DNA of 64,000 bases from Smithellaceae bacterium (lineage in GTDB: Bacteria > Desulfobacterota > Syntrophia > Syntrophales > Smithellaceae): NCBI GenBank assembly GCA_963667845.2, contig CAXXVL010000002.1:2752001-2816000 (forward strand). The letters run 5' to 3'. Every line of letters begins with the position of its first letter. Position 1 is the first letter of the stretch. Below, one piece after another: positions 8,772 through 18,389 of the stretch. The position numbers and the translations under genes were made by a program. The notes beneath the pieces were generated by a model. The model was not told the DNA's origin, ran no database searches, and was given only the letters and a program-made list of their open reading frames with translations.

Positions 8772-10853
8772 TTATCCGCGGATCATTCCACGGAACCGGG
8801 CGTAATCCACCAGGCGGCTAAAAGCATAGATCGCACGCTCCGGCGTCGGGTAGCACGGAACGGAAAGCGCTCGAAATCCCTCGTGGATGTGGGCTATTTC
8901 TTTTGCCGTGCCGCCGTAGCAGCTTACCAGAACGGGCTTGTGCGGATGAGAGGCGATAATGTCCGCAAAAGCCTGGGAGATATCAAACACGCTTTCCGGC
9001 ATTACGACAAAGATAACGAGCAGGGCGTCAATATCCTTCTGGTCCATCAGACATTGACTGATATGCCGCATCGCTTTGTGCGAGCCGTGCTGTTCGATGG
9101 CGGACCATGTGTCGATGGGATTGCGCACCGGAGCCCACGGGGGCATAACCTCGCCCAGTCTCACAAGGGTGGCGGGGGTGAGCGCGGGTATTGCCAGATC
9201 GTATTCCTCGGCGGCATCCGTAGCGGCCACGCAGCCCATACCGGTAATGGAGATGACTCCCAGACGATTCCCCCGCGGCAGCGGTAGCTTGTCGAAGGCG
9301 GCGAGCGTATCGAAAAAGGCTTCGGCATCGTGCACGCGCATCAGGCCCGTTTTGCTGCAGACCGCGCCGAAGACCGCGTCCGATCCGGCGAGCGATCCTG
9401 TATGCGAAGCAATGGCTGCCGCACCGGCCTCACTGCGGCCCGCTTTCAGCACCACAACAGGCTTTTTCTGACAGGCCCGGCCTGCTGCCCGGATGAAGCG
9501 GGGTCCATCGACCACGCCTTCCAGGTACAGGCCGATTGTCGCCGTTTCCGTATCGTCGGTCAGATATTCCAGGAGGTCGCTCTCATTGATATCTCCCTTG
9601 TTGCCGATACAGGCGACCTTGGCCACGCCAAAAGGCTTCGCATCGGCTATCCAGCGGCCCCAGCCCGAGGAGAAAACGCCCGACTGTCCGATAATGGACA
9701 CGCCTCCGGCTGTGATGGGTTCAAGGCCGGCAATGGAGGTCGCGAGGCCCGCAGACGGGTTGATTGTGCCGATGCTGTTGGGTCCCATAACGCGGATGCC
9801 GGCCCGGCGGGCCTGATCCATAATGACTTTTTGTTCTTCGGCTCCCGCTTCCCCTGTGTCCGAGTACCCGCCCGTGCTGAGGATGACATTCTTGATTCCC
9901 CTGGCGGCGCACTGTGTGAGCGCATCGGACACCGCGGTCTTAGGGATCACGATCATCGCGAGGTCGACCGGAGTCTTTACATCAGTCACACTGGGATAGG
10001 CAGGCATGCCGAGGATTTCTTTGACCGTTGGATTGATGGGATAGATGACGCCCTTGAAGCCCGCCCGATGCATGTTGCGCAGAATGATATTGCCTCCCTT
10101 GCCCGGGCTCCTGGAGGCGCCGATAACGGCCATCGCCTGCGGTTTAAAAAAGGGCGCCACTGTCTCCGGGTCCGGATATCTGGAATGCTGCCGGCGAGGG
10201 TTGCTATCCAATCGGACCAGTGCATCCACGGCCACAGCCCCTTCTGCGTAAGCGATGAAGGGATTGATATCGATCTCGATAATATCCCGGCGCTCGCCCA
10301 TGAGACGCGAGAGAGCCTGGATCGATTGGGCGATGGTTTCAATATCCAAGGCATTCTGGGAGCGGTAGCCATTGAGAAGCGCTGCGCCTTTGAGTCGACG
10401 GAGCATCCCGAGCGCACCTTTTTTGTCCACGGGGGCAAGGTCAATAGCCGTATCGCGGAAGATCTCCGTGAATATTCCACCGATTCCGGCCATCACGACG
10501 GGTCCGAAGACCGGATCGCGTCTTGCGCCCAGGATAAGCTCAGTCCCTGGCCGGGCCATCTTCTGGACCAAAAGCGCATGGGGAATATCGGCGAATCTTT
10601 TTTCCATTTCGCGGACGGCTCTGTCCAGGGAGGGGGCATCCTTGATGTTCAGCACCACCCCGCCCCGCTCGGTTTTATGAGGGACCGCTTCGGAACAGAT
10701 TTTGAGCGCGACTGGATAGCCGAGCAGGTTTGCCGCCTGTGCAGTTTCCGACCCTTTTTTGGACAGAACGTTTTGCGTGACGGGAATTCCCCACTGTGCA
10801 AGCAGGGTTGCACCATCGAATTCATTAAGTGTCGTAATGCTGTCTTTCAACAT
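8772..10853 (-). CDS. ADP-forming acyl/acetyl-CoA synthetase, fused beta-alpha domain order
   Basis: N-terminal ATP-grasp (GYPVALK, HKTERGGV, DINP), then CoA-binding (AVIGAS, MGPNSIG) and ligase domains with the phospho-His in SHTGSLAG. Start set at ATG 10853. Confidence 0.88.
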   Translation of the reverse strand: MLKDSITTLNEFDGATLLAQWGIPVTQNVLSKKGSETAQAANLLGYPVALKICSEAVPHKTERGGVVLNIKDAPSLDRAVREMEKRFADIPHALLVQKMARPGTELILGARRDPVFGPVVMAGIGGIFTEIFRDTAIDLAPVDKKGALGMLRRLKGAALLNGYRSQNALDIETIAQSIQALSRLMGERRDIIEIDINPFIAYAEGAVAVDALVRLDSNPRRQHSRYPDPETVAPFFKPQAMAVIGASRSPGKGGNIILRNMHRAGFKGVIYPINPTVKEILGMPAYPSVTDVKTPVDLAMIVIPKTAVSDALTQCAARGIKNVILSTGGYSDTGEAGAEEQKVIMDQARRAGIRVMGPNSIGTINPSAGLATSIAGLEPITAGGVSIIGQSGVFSSGWGRWIADAKPFGVAKVACIGNKGDINESDLLEYLTDDTETATIGLYLEGVVDGPRFIRAAGRACQKKPVVVLKAGRSEAGAAAIASHTGSLAGSDAVFGAVCSKTGLMRVHDAEAFFDTLAAFDKLPLPRGNRLGVISITGMGCVAATDAAEEYDLAIPALTPATLVRLGEVMPPWAPVRNPIDTWSAIEQHGSHKAMRHISQCLMDQKDIDALLVIFVVMPESVFDISQAFADIIASHPHKPVLVSCYGGTAKEIAHIHEGFRALSVPCYPTPERAIYAFSRLVDYARFRGMIRG

Positions 10854-11045
10854 GAAAATACCTCCCGGTTCCGCAGTCACAAGCGGTGGTCGAACAGGGC
10901 GTAGACGTATGCCTGCCACTTCGGGAGGGCATCATAGGAAAAGCAAACCGGCGTGTCAACAATATTAATTACAGCGCGCTTGACGTCTTGGGTTCCGATG
11001 CTTAATCATATTTACACTCATAAAAAAAGAAGGCGGTAAAAATAT

Positions 11046-11387
11046 ATGAAAACAAAACATTGCGCAATTCTGGTTTTGTTGTTTTCAATGGTGATCACTC
11101 TTAATGCCGATCAGACCTGGGCCGCTGATTATTCTGCGGGGAAGGCTGTATTTAAGAGCAGATGCCAGGGCTGCCACAGGATCGAGGGAGACGGGAGCTA
11201 TCCGTCCACTTTTTACAAGCAATACCGGCCCAAGGATTTCTCGAAGTCCGCTGCGTGGGAAAATCTGAGCGAAGATAAGATTAGATTTGTCCTGATGAGA
11301 GGTCAAGGGGTTATGCGGCCGATCCCGCTGACAGCGGATCAGACCAATGCCTTGATTGATTACATGAAGCATGAGCTGAAAAAATAG
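11046..11387 (+). CDS. Monoheme c-type cytochrome (periplasmic)
   Basis: Signal peptide, CQGCH heme motif, distal Met in GQGVMRP. Confidence 0.85.
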   Translation: MKTKHCAILVLLFSMVITLNADQTWAADYSAGKAVFKSRCQGCHRIEGDGSYPSTFYKQYRPKDFSKSAAWENLSEDKIRFVLMRGQGVMRPIPLTADQTNALIDYMKHELKK

Positions 11388-11459
11388 AATGCGGTTTATC
11401 CCGCCCCGGATGGTTTGCGCCGCTTTGTGCGGCTGGTGAAGGGATTGCCGTCAGGCAAA

Positions 11460-12470
11460 TCAGCAGATTCTCGGGACGAGTTCGCCCACGGGCAGATCAA
11501 TCATCCGTTCACCGCCGATAGACGTCTTCATCACGACTTGTCCCTGAGAGGCTTTACTGACTCGGCCGATGACGGCGGCATTAACGCCGTATTTGTGCCC
11601 ATGCATGCCCGCCAGTATGGTTTGGGCATCCGATTCCGGACAGAACGCAATCATCTTACCTTCATTAGCCAGAAAAAGAGGATCGAAGCCGAGGATCTCG
11701 CAAATCCCCCGGACATTGTCCCGGACGGGGATGCTTCTCTCGTCAATGTCGATGCGCACCTGCGCGCTTTTGGCGATTTCCGCCAGAATGGCGCCCAGGC
11801 CTCCGCGTGTGGCGTCGCGCATGCAATGAACGTTCGGGCTGGCCGTGAGAATGTCCATGATCAAATCATTAAGCGGCGCGGAATCGGACAGAATATCCGA
11901 CGTGATCGACAGATTTTCCCTGGCCTTAATAATGGCTGCGCCGTGGTCTCCGACAGTACCATTGAGAATAATCACATCACCGGGCCGGATGTTTTTAACG
12001 GACAGAGTTCCCGGATATTCCACAAGGCCGATGCCGGACGTATTAATAAAAATGCCGTCAGCCGCCCCGCGGGCGACGACTTTGGTGTCGCCGGTAACAA
12101 TTTTGACGTTCGCCTCTGCTGCCGCCTCGGCCATGGTTTTGATGATTACTGTAAGCGATTCAAACTCGAATCCCTCTTCCAGAATAAACCCGCAACTCAT
12201 ATAAAGCGGCTTGCCGCCGCAGACGGAAAGGTCGTTAACGGTACCATGGACGGCCAGCGAGCCGATGTTGCCGCCGGGGAAAAAGATAGGGCTGACGACA
12301 TAGGAATCGGTTGTGAAACAGAATCTGCAATTTCCGGCAGTGAATACGGCGCTGTCTTCCAACCGTTCCAGATAGGGGTTTTGAAAAGGAGGCAGGAAAT
12401 GTTCGGCTATGAGTTCGCTCGACAAAAGACCGCCCGCGCCGTGCTCCAGAAGAATTTTGTCGTATTTCAT
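11460..12470 (-). CDS. hypE: Hydrogenase maturation protein HypE
   Basis: HGAGG, TTDSYVVSPIFFPGG, GDTKVV, MRDATRGG, C-terminal PRIC. Confidence 0.96.
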   Translation of the reverse strand: MKYDKILLEHGAGGLLSSELIAEHFLPPFQNPYLERLEDSAVFTAGNCRFCFTTDSYVVSPIFFPGGNIGSLAVHGTVNDLSVCGGKPLYMSCGFILEEGFEFESLTVIIKTMAEAAAEANVKIVTGDTKVVARGAADGIFINTSGIGLVEYPGTLSVKNIRPGDVIILNGTVGDHGAAIIKARENLSITSDILSDSAPLNDLIMDILTASPNVHCMRDATRGGLGAILAEIAKSAQVRIDIDERSIPVRDNVRGICEILGFDPLFLANEGKMIAFCPESDAQTILAGMHGHKYGVNAAVIGRVSKASQGQVVMKTSIGGERMIDLPVGELVPRIC

Positions 12471-12472
12471 AT

Positions 12473-14758
12473 CTAGCACCCTTTCTTGATCATCGATCCG
12501 GCAATGACCGCCTGACCGAGCGATAGGCCTCCGTCGTTGGCCGGAATATCTCTGTGGCAATATACATGAAAGCCGGAAAGTTTCAGCTTGTTCATCGTAC
12601 CTGTAAGCAGAATTTTATTCTGAAAACATCCGCCGGAGAGAACGACGCGGGAAAGGCCGGTGGATCTGCGCATTTCATCGGCCATATCCGCGAAGGCCTC
12701 AATCAGCGTCTGATGAAACGATGCTGCCATGCGGGGTCCGCTCTTACCTGTTTCTAGGTCGGCGATGATGGCCCGAATAGCGGCCCCCATGTCCACAATA
12801 CAGGGTTGGCCGCCCGTGCGCAAGAGTTCAAAGGGGTAGGATGCTCCGGAAGATCCAGTGGCCAGGGATTCCAGCTCCATGGCCGCCTGACCTTCAAAAC
12901 TCACTTGCCTGCGCAAACCGATCAGAGCGGCCACGCCGTCAAAGAGTCTGCCCAGTCCCGAAGACAGGGGTGAATGAATTGTATTTTCGATGATCTTATC
13001 GAAAAGATCTCCCTGGGTCTCATCGGAAATCAATTTCAATTTCTGCGCCATTTCTTGCCACTTACGCCCGTAAGCGGTTCTAAGCAGGCTGACAGCTATG
13101 CGCCAGGGTTCATGGATGGCTTTTTCACCGCCGGGCAGCACAAGGTATCGCAGGTGGCCGAATCGTTGAAAATGAGTTTCATCGGCAATCAGGAATTCTC
13201 CGCCCCAGGCGTTGCCGTCCAAACCATAGCCAGTACCGTCCATGGCCAACCCGATCACATCGCCGGTAATCTGATTATCCGCCATGCAGCTCGCAATATG
13301 CGCGTGGTGATGCTGGACAGGGATAATTCTTTCGGCGGTCAGTTCTTTCGCTGCCTGTGTGGAATAGTAGGCCGGGTGAAGATCGCAGGCGATCGTCTGC
13401 GGATCGGAATCCGTGATGCGTTTCATCAAGGCGAGACTTTCATGAAAAAACTCACGGGCCTGCGGCGTTTCCATATCTCCGATATGCGGACTGACAAAGG
13501 CGAAGCTGCCCTTCAGAATGCACTGCGTAGTCTTCAATTGACCACCGAGCGCCAGGACGGGAGGCAGAGAATCTCTGAGGGCGAGAGGCTGCGGAGCATA
13601 GCCGCGTGACCTCCGCATGAATTGCGGATGATCTGCGGCGACGAAAGCGACGGAATCGTCGCAGCGCACGAGAATGTCGCGGTTATGCACCAGAAAATAA
13701 TCGGCGATGCCCTGCAGGCGATTCAGGGCTTCACGGTTTCCTGTTGAGATCGGTTCATCCACCTGGTTGGCGCTGGTCATGACCAGAGCCGCAAAATTGT
13801 CTCTCAGAAGCAGATGGTGCAGCGGTGTATAAGGAAGCATGACGCCGAGATTGGAGACGCCGGGCGCAACCGCCTCCGCAACGAGGCTGTTTTTGATCTT
13901 TTCAAGCAGCACAATCGGACGCCGGGGCGAGGTGAGCAGGGCTTCTTCGTCCGCACTTACCCGGACAATTTGCCTTGTCCGTGCCATATCGCGCACCATG
14001 ATCGCCAGCGGCTTTTCCTCGCGGTATTTGCGAGCGCGGAGTTTTTTCACGGCCTCATCTCGTGCCGCATCGACACTCAAGTGAAAGCCTCCAAGGCCCT
14101 TGATCGCCAGGACGTGACCCCAGGAGAGCAAATCGACAGCGGTCCCGATCGGATCGCGTGCATCTACGGGGCTGCCTTTGGCATTGAGCAGGGTCAGCTG
14201 CGGGCCGCAGACGGGGCAGGCATTGGGTTCGGCATGAAAGCGCCTGTCGGCCGGATTTTCATATTCGGCCTGACATTGGGGACACAGGGGAAAACAGGCC
14301 ATGGACGTGTTGGCGCGGTCATAGGGAATCGTCCGGATGATCGTAAGGCGCGGGCCGCAGTTGGTGCAGTTGATGAACGGATACCGGAAACGCCGGTTTG
14401 CCGGATCGAAGAGTTCGCTAAGACAGTCGGGGCAGGTCGCTGCGTCCGGTGTGATATGGACGTCCGCCGGACCTTGCGCGTCGCTTTCGATGATGCGGAA
14501 ATCATGATCATGGAGGACTGCAATTTCTGCGGATTCAACCTGCGCAACGTGAGCAAGCGGCGGAAGATCACGCCGCACGCCGGCCAGAAAAGAGTCTACC
14601 GCAGCCCGTGGACCTTCTACTTCCGCAATCACGCCGTCCGGCCGGTTCCGGACAAAACCGGCCAGCCCGTTTTGCGCGGCCAGACGGTAAACGAAGGGCC
14701 GGAAGCCGACGCCCTGCACCATGCCGGAAAAAAGATGACGGATTCTTTTTTTGTTCAC
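12473..14758 (-). CDS. hypF: Carbamoyltransferase HypF
   Basis: GMVQGVGFRPF acylphosphatase domain, Zn fingers (CPDC, CTNCGPR), KGLGGFHL, QHHHAH, NDGGLSLGQ; GTG start inferred. Confidence 0.96.
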   Translation of the reverse strand: MNKKRIRHLFSGMVQGVGFRPFVYRLAAQNGLAGFVRNRPDGVIAEVEGPRAAVDSFLAGVRRDLPPLAHVAQVESAEIAVLHDHDFRIIESDAQGPADVHITPDAATCPDCLSELFDPANRRFRYPFINCTNCGPRLTIIRTIPYDRANTSMACFPLCPQCQAEYENPADRRFHAEPNACPVCGPQLTLLNAKGSPVDARDPIGTAVDLLSWGHVLAIKGLGGFHLSVDAARDEAVKKLRARKYREEKPLAIMVRDMARTRQIVRVSADEEALLTSPRRPIVLLEKIKNSLVAEAVAPGVSNLGVMLPYTPLHHLLLRDNFAALVMTSANQVDEPISTGNREALNRLQGIADYFLVHNRDILVRCDDSVAFVAADHPQFMRRSRGYAPQPLALRDSLPPVLALGGQLKTTQCILKGSFAFVSPHIGDMETPQAREFFHESLALMKRITDSDPQTIACDLHPAYYSTQAAKELTAERIIPVQHHHAHIASCMADNQITGDVIGLAMDGTGYGLDGNAWGGEFLIADETHFQRFGHLRYLVLPGGEKAIHEPWRIAVSLLRTAYGRKWQEMAQKLKLISDETQGDLFDKIIENTIHSPLSSGLGRLFDGVAALIGLRRQVSFEGQAAMELESLATGSSGASYPFELLRTGGQPCIVDMGAAIRAIIADLETGKSGPRMAASFHQTLIEAFADMADEMRRSTGLSRVVLSGGCFQNKILLTGTMNKLKLSGFHVYCHRDIPANDGGLSLGQAVIAGSMIKKGC

Positions 14759-14762
14759 GTTC

Positions 14763-15419
14763 CTATTTCTTGAAGGTATCGATCTGTTCGCCGAGCCAGC
14801 TAAACCAGGCTGTAAGTCCCGCACCGCTCTTGCAGGACACTTCAAAGATCTTTAAATCCTTATTCAAAGCCAGCGCGTCGCGTCTGGCCTTTTCGAGATC
14901 AAAATCGACGTAAGGGAGAAGGTCCATCTTGTTGATGAGCAGCGCCGAGGATTCCTGGAACATCAGAGGATATTTGGCGGGTTTGTCCGCTCCTTCCGGT
15001 GTGCTGAGCAGCATGATCTTCATGTTTTCGCCGATTTTGAATTCGGCCGGGCAAACCAGATTACCGACATTTTCGACAATGAGCAGATCAATATTACCGA
15101 AATCAAAGGCGGGAAAAGTCTCCCGGATCATGTTGCCGTCGATGTGACAGGCGCCGCCCGTGTTGATCTGGACGACGGGGATGTCGAGTTTGGCGATGCG
15201 GTCCGCATCATACGTGTCCTGCACGTCGCCTTCGATCACGGCAATTCCGTACCGGTCCCGCAGCGCGACGATGGTTTGTTCGACAAGCGATGTCTTTCCC
15301 GCGCCCGGGGAACTCATCAAGTTGATGACAAACATCTTATGCCGGTCAAAAAGTTGTCTGTTTTCCTCCGCGATGCGATTGTTGGCGTCCAGGACATTCT
15401 TAACCACGGTTACTTTCAC
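14763..15419 (-). CDS. hypB: Hydrogenase nickel-insertion GTPase HypB
   Basis: SSPGAGKTS, TGGACH, ENVGNLVCPA, KPAKYP, NKMD. Confidence 0.96.
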   Translation of the reverse strand: MKVTVVKNVLDANNRIAEENRQLFDRHKMFVINLMSSPGAGKTSLVEQTIVALRDRYGIAVIEGDVQDTYDADRIAKLDIPVVQINTGGACHIDGNMIRETFPAFDFGNIDLLIVENVGNLVCPAEFKIGENMKIMLLSTPEGADKPAKYPLMFQESSALLINKMDLLPYVDFDLEKARRDALALNKDLKIFEVSCKSGAGLTAWFSWLGEQIDTFKK

Positions 15420-15432
15420 TCACTGACCTCCG

Positions 15433-16521
15433 TTAATGATATTTGTAGTAGGTGGAACAGGTGCCTTCCGATGAAACCATACAGGGACCGACAGGATTGA
15501 CCGGAGTGCAGACCTTTTTGAATAAAAAACAATCGTGCGGCAGTTTGATGCCGCGCAGAATATCGCCGCAGCTGCAGCCCGGGGGATCGCCTGTCTGAAT
15601 ATCCGGGACGGGGAATTTATTCAGTGTATCGAAGACTGCAAATTCGCTCTTCAGGGTAAGGCCGCTTGCCGGGATCGTACCCAGACCCCGCCATGCGGCA
15701 TCCGCGGTTTCAAAAACGGACTTAAGCAGGGTTATCGCGCGTATGTTTCCGTCGGACTTCACGCCGCGGCTATACTGGACGGCGACCCCCGCCTTTCCGC
15801 TTTCGACTTGCTGCAAAAGCATCCAAATGCCTTCAAGAATATCCACCGGTTCGAAGCCCGTGATCACGGCGGCACGACCCTTGTCGGGTATCATCTGATA
15901 GGCGGCGGCGCCAATCATCGTGCTGACATGGCCCGGACACAGAAATCCATCAATATTGAGCAGCGGGTCGGCAAGTAAGGCGTGGATAGCCGGCGGAACA
16001 ATCTTGTGAACCGAGAACACAGTAAGATTCGCAATGCCTCGTTTCCGGCAACTCGCGATGACGGCGGCAATAGTCGGCGCAGTTGTTTCAAAGCCGATGC
16101 CCATCATGATGATTTCTTTCCGGGGATGGGCCAGAGCAATGCCGATGCATTCGTCGGCGGAAGAGACTACCCGTACATCGCAGCCTGCCGCACGCCTTTT
16201 TTGCAGACTGTCGCCGCCGGTTCCCGGCACCCTCAGCATATCGCCGAACGTGGCGAAAATGGCATTGGGCAGGCTGGAAAGATACAGGGCCAAATCCACG
16301 TCGCGAGCCGACGTGACACAAACCGGGCAACCGGGACCGGAGATCAGACGAATGTTTTCGGGAAGAAGTTTGCGGATGCCGAAGCGTCCGATGGCCTGGG
16401 TGTGGCTGCCGCAGATTTCCATGATGGTGACCTGACGTTCGATCCGCCCTGCCGCGGCCTGAATGTGTTTCAGGAGGCCGGCGACCAGAGCGGGGTCCCG
16501 GTATTCATCAATAAATTTCAT
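15433..16521 (-). CDS. hypD: Hydrogenase maturation protein HypD
   Basis: MEICGSHT, GPGCPVCV, GFETTAP, PGHVS, GPCMVSSEGTC. Confidence 0.96.
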   Translation of the reverse strand: MKFIDEYRDPALVAGLLKHIQAAAGRIERQVTIMEICGSHTQAIGRFGIRKLLPENIRLISGPGCPVCVTSARDVDLALYLSSLPNAIFATFGDMLRVPGTGGDSLQKRRAAGCDVRVVSSADECIGIALAHPRKEIIMMGIGFETTAPTIAAVIASCRKRGIANLTVFSVHKIVPPAIHALLADPLLNIDGFLCPGHVSTMIGAAAYQMIPDKGRAAVITGFEPVDILEGIWMLLQQVESGKAGVAVQYSRGVKSDGNIRAITLLKSVFETADAAWRGLGTIPASGLTLKSEFAVFDTLNKFPVPDIQTGDPPGCSCGDILRGIKLPHDCFLFKKVCTPVNPVGPCMVSSEGTCSTYYKYH

Positions 16522-16738
16522 TTTCGATGATGTCCTGCAAAAATTTCAGTTTCTCCCGGGCCTGCTCCGGATCAATCTTGTGGATGGCATACCCCGCGTG
16601 ACTGATGACAAAGTCGCCGACGCGGGCCTCTTCATCCACGATATCCAGACAAACCTCGCGGCGCGTGCCGCTGATATCGATGATCGCGTAATTGTCCTGG
16701 TCAATGGAAATAATTTTTCCTGGAAATCCGATACACAT
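16508..16738 (-). CDS. hypC: Hydrogenase chaperone HypC
   Basis: N-terminal MCIGFPG, HAGYAI. Confidence 0.93.
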   Translation of the reverse strand: MCIGFPGKIISIDQDNYAIIDISGTRREVCLDIVDEEARVGDFVISHAGYAIHKIDPEQAREKLKFLQDIIENEIY

Positions 16739-16747
16739 AAAATAATC

Positions 16748-17092
16748 CTAATCTACATCCATTTCGAGAATTTGTAGTTCCTCCGTTCCCGCGGTCAGCA
16801 GGACTTCGAGGCCGCCGCAGGAAGGACATGTGCCAGTGTGTCCTTTGACTTCCGAATCCTTTTCGCAGGAGAAGCAATGGATAACAGCCGGCAAAATTTT
16901 GAAGTCCAGTTCCGCGCCCTCGGCAGCCGTATTTTGGGCCTGGACGTCAAAGGCAAATTGCAGTGCTTGGGGTTCAATGCAGGAAAGCCGGCCATAGGAC
17001 AGCATAACGGAGTTGACTTTCTTAAAGTCCTGCAGCTTTGCGTAATCCTGAACAATATCGATGATGGATTCGGCCAGGTAAAGTTCATGCAC
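16748..17092 (-). CDS. hypA: Nickel metallochaperone HypA
   Basis: MHE start, two CxxC motifs (CFSC, CPSC). Confidence 0.94.
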   Translation of the reverse strand: MHELYLAESIIDIVQDYAKLQDFKKVNSVMLSYGRLSCIEPQALQFAFDVQAQNTAAEGAELDFKILPAVIHCFSCEKDSEVKGHTGTCPSCGGLEVLLTAGTEELQILEMDVD

Positions 17093-17582
17093 GATTCTTT
17101 TTTCCCAAAGCGACGTTCAACCGGGATAATTCGGCAAACAGTAATTCTTCCATCACGGGAAACTTGTCCCGCATGGATTCGGTCATTTCCAGATTCATTG
17201 CGCCGTAGTCCTGCGGTACAATACACAAAAAAACTATTTCGGGCAATTCATCCATCAGTTCCACTTTAAACAGGACGTCAAAAAATGTGACCTCGTGAGC
17301 CGTTGTCGGAGGCGGCATGTGCGCCTGCATTTCGTTCGTATCGAACCGGTAGATGGAGCCGGGTGTGTCCTTCGCCTTCAAGACATCGATCACAATCAGA
17401 TGGTCGCAACTGCAAATAATGTCGATCAGTGCGTAGCCCAATGTGCCGCCGTCAATGATGCGGACCTGGGCGTCAGGCTGATAGCGGTCGGTAAGCCATC
17501 TAACAAAATGAACGCCGAAGCCTTCATCCGCAAGCAGAATATTCCCCACTCCTAAAATCGTTACACAATTTCTGTCCGGCAT
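17085..17582 (-). CDS. hyaD: [NiFe]-hydrogenase maturation endopeptidase (HyaD/HybD family)
   Basis: LGVGNILLADEGFGV, IDGGT, AHE. Confidence 0.92.
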   Translation of the reverse strand: MPDRNCVTILGVGNILLADEGFGVHFVRWLTDRYQPDAQVRIIDGGTLGYALIDIICSCDHLIVIDVLKAKDTPGSIYRFDTNEMQAHMPPPTTAHEVTFFDVLFKVELMDELPEIVFLCIVPQDYGAMNLEMTESMRDKFPVMEELLFAELSRLNVALGKKNRA

Positions 17583-17638
17583 TTATTCTCTTCATTCATT
17601 TTTGTGCAGGGGGCAACTTACTATATATCGTCATTTTC

Positions 17639-17669
17639 AAAAAAAGGGGAGAAGGACTCCTTCTCCCCC
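17639..17669 (-). terminator. Intrinsic terminator after the cytochrome b gene
   Basis: GGGGAGAAGGA-G-TCCTTCTCCCC followed by T7 on the minus strand. Confidence 0.8.
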
Positions 17670-17704
17670 TTTCGGTGATCAGTCATTCGGAGACAAGTTC
17701 CCCG

Positions 17705-18373
17705 CTACTCTTTCTCTCTTTCGAACAAATGCCCGCTGACCATGGATGAAATGGTGCCCTGCTTCAGCACGGCATCATGCCAGAAGGCCATGTAAATATG
17801 CACCACGGTGAACAGGATGAAGAGCCAGGTGAAAACGTGGTGGATATATCGAACTACGGCCAGGCCGCCCATGAGATTTTCCAGCGGCCGTAAAACCGTG
17901 TAGGCGATGGCAGTCAGCCCGGCATGATAATTTGCACCCATCAGAATCAGGCCAGTCACCACGATGACCAGGACCATCAGTATCAGAGCCAGGTAAGCCA
18001 GGGATTGCAGCGGTCCGTAGAGGCAGGTATGCACCGGCGGCTCCTTTTTGATCAGGAGATAGAACTTGATTTGATCGACGGTGGTTTTGATATCCGTCCA
18101 GGCGAAGAAATCCTTCCAGTCGGCATAGAAACGGGAAAAGAAGGCCAGGTAAACCCTCCAAAGGAAGAGAAACACGAGAAATATACCGCAGAGGTCGTGG
18201 ACGAATCGCACATTGCCCATGAAGAATTTATCGACCGTTTCTCCCTTGATGATGGTAAAGGGTTCAGCGATATAGAATCCGGTAGCAATTAAGACCACGA
18301 TCACCAAAGCCATGGCCCAGTGGTTAATTCGAATGGATGCGGACCACTCTGTTTTACAGACAATATTTTCCAC
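17705..18373 (-). CDS. hyaC: [NiFe]-hydrogenase cytochrome b subunit
   Basis: WSASIRINHW, RFVH, YGPLQ, RYIHH, VHIYM heme His motifs; GTG start with AGGAGG RBS. Confidence 0.92.
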   Translation of the reverse strand: MENIVCKTEWSASIRINHWAMALVIVVLIATGFYIAEPFTIIKGETVDKFFMGNVRFVHDLCGIFLVFLFLWRVYLAFFSRFYADWKDFFAWTDIKTTVDQIKFYLLIKKEPPVHTCLYGPLQSLAYLALILMVLVIVVTGLILMGANYHAGLTAIAYTVLRPLENLMGGLAVVRYIHHVFTWLFILFTVVHIYMAFWHDAVLKQGTISSMVSGHLFEREKE

Positions 18374-18389
18374 TGTAACCTCCTTACGC

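Noticed and set aside
9330..10904. 524-aa plus-strand ORF
   Set aside because: Antisense shadow of the acyl-CoA synthetase with no motifs. The same applies to other long opposite-strand ORFs such as 2882-3772, 11415-12476, 13814-14773 and 25059-25982.
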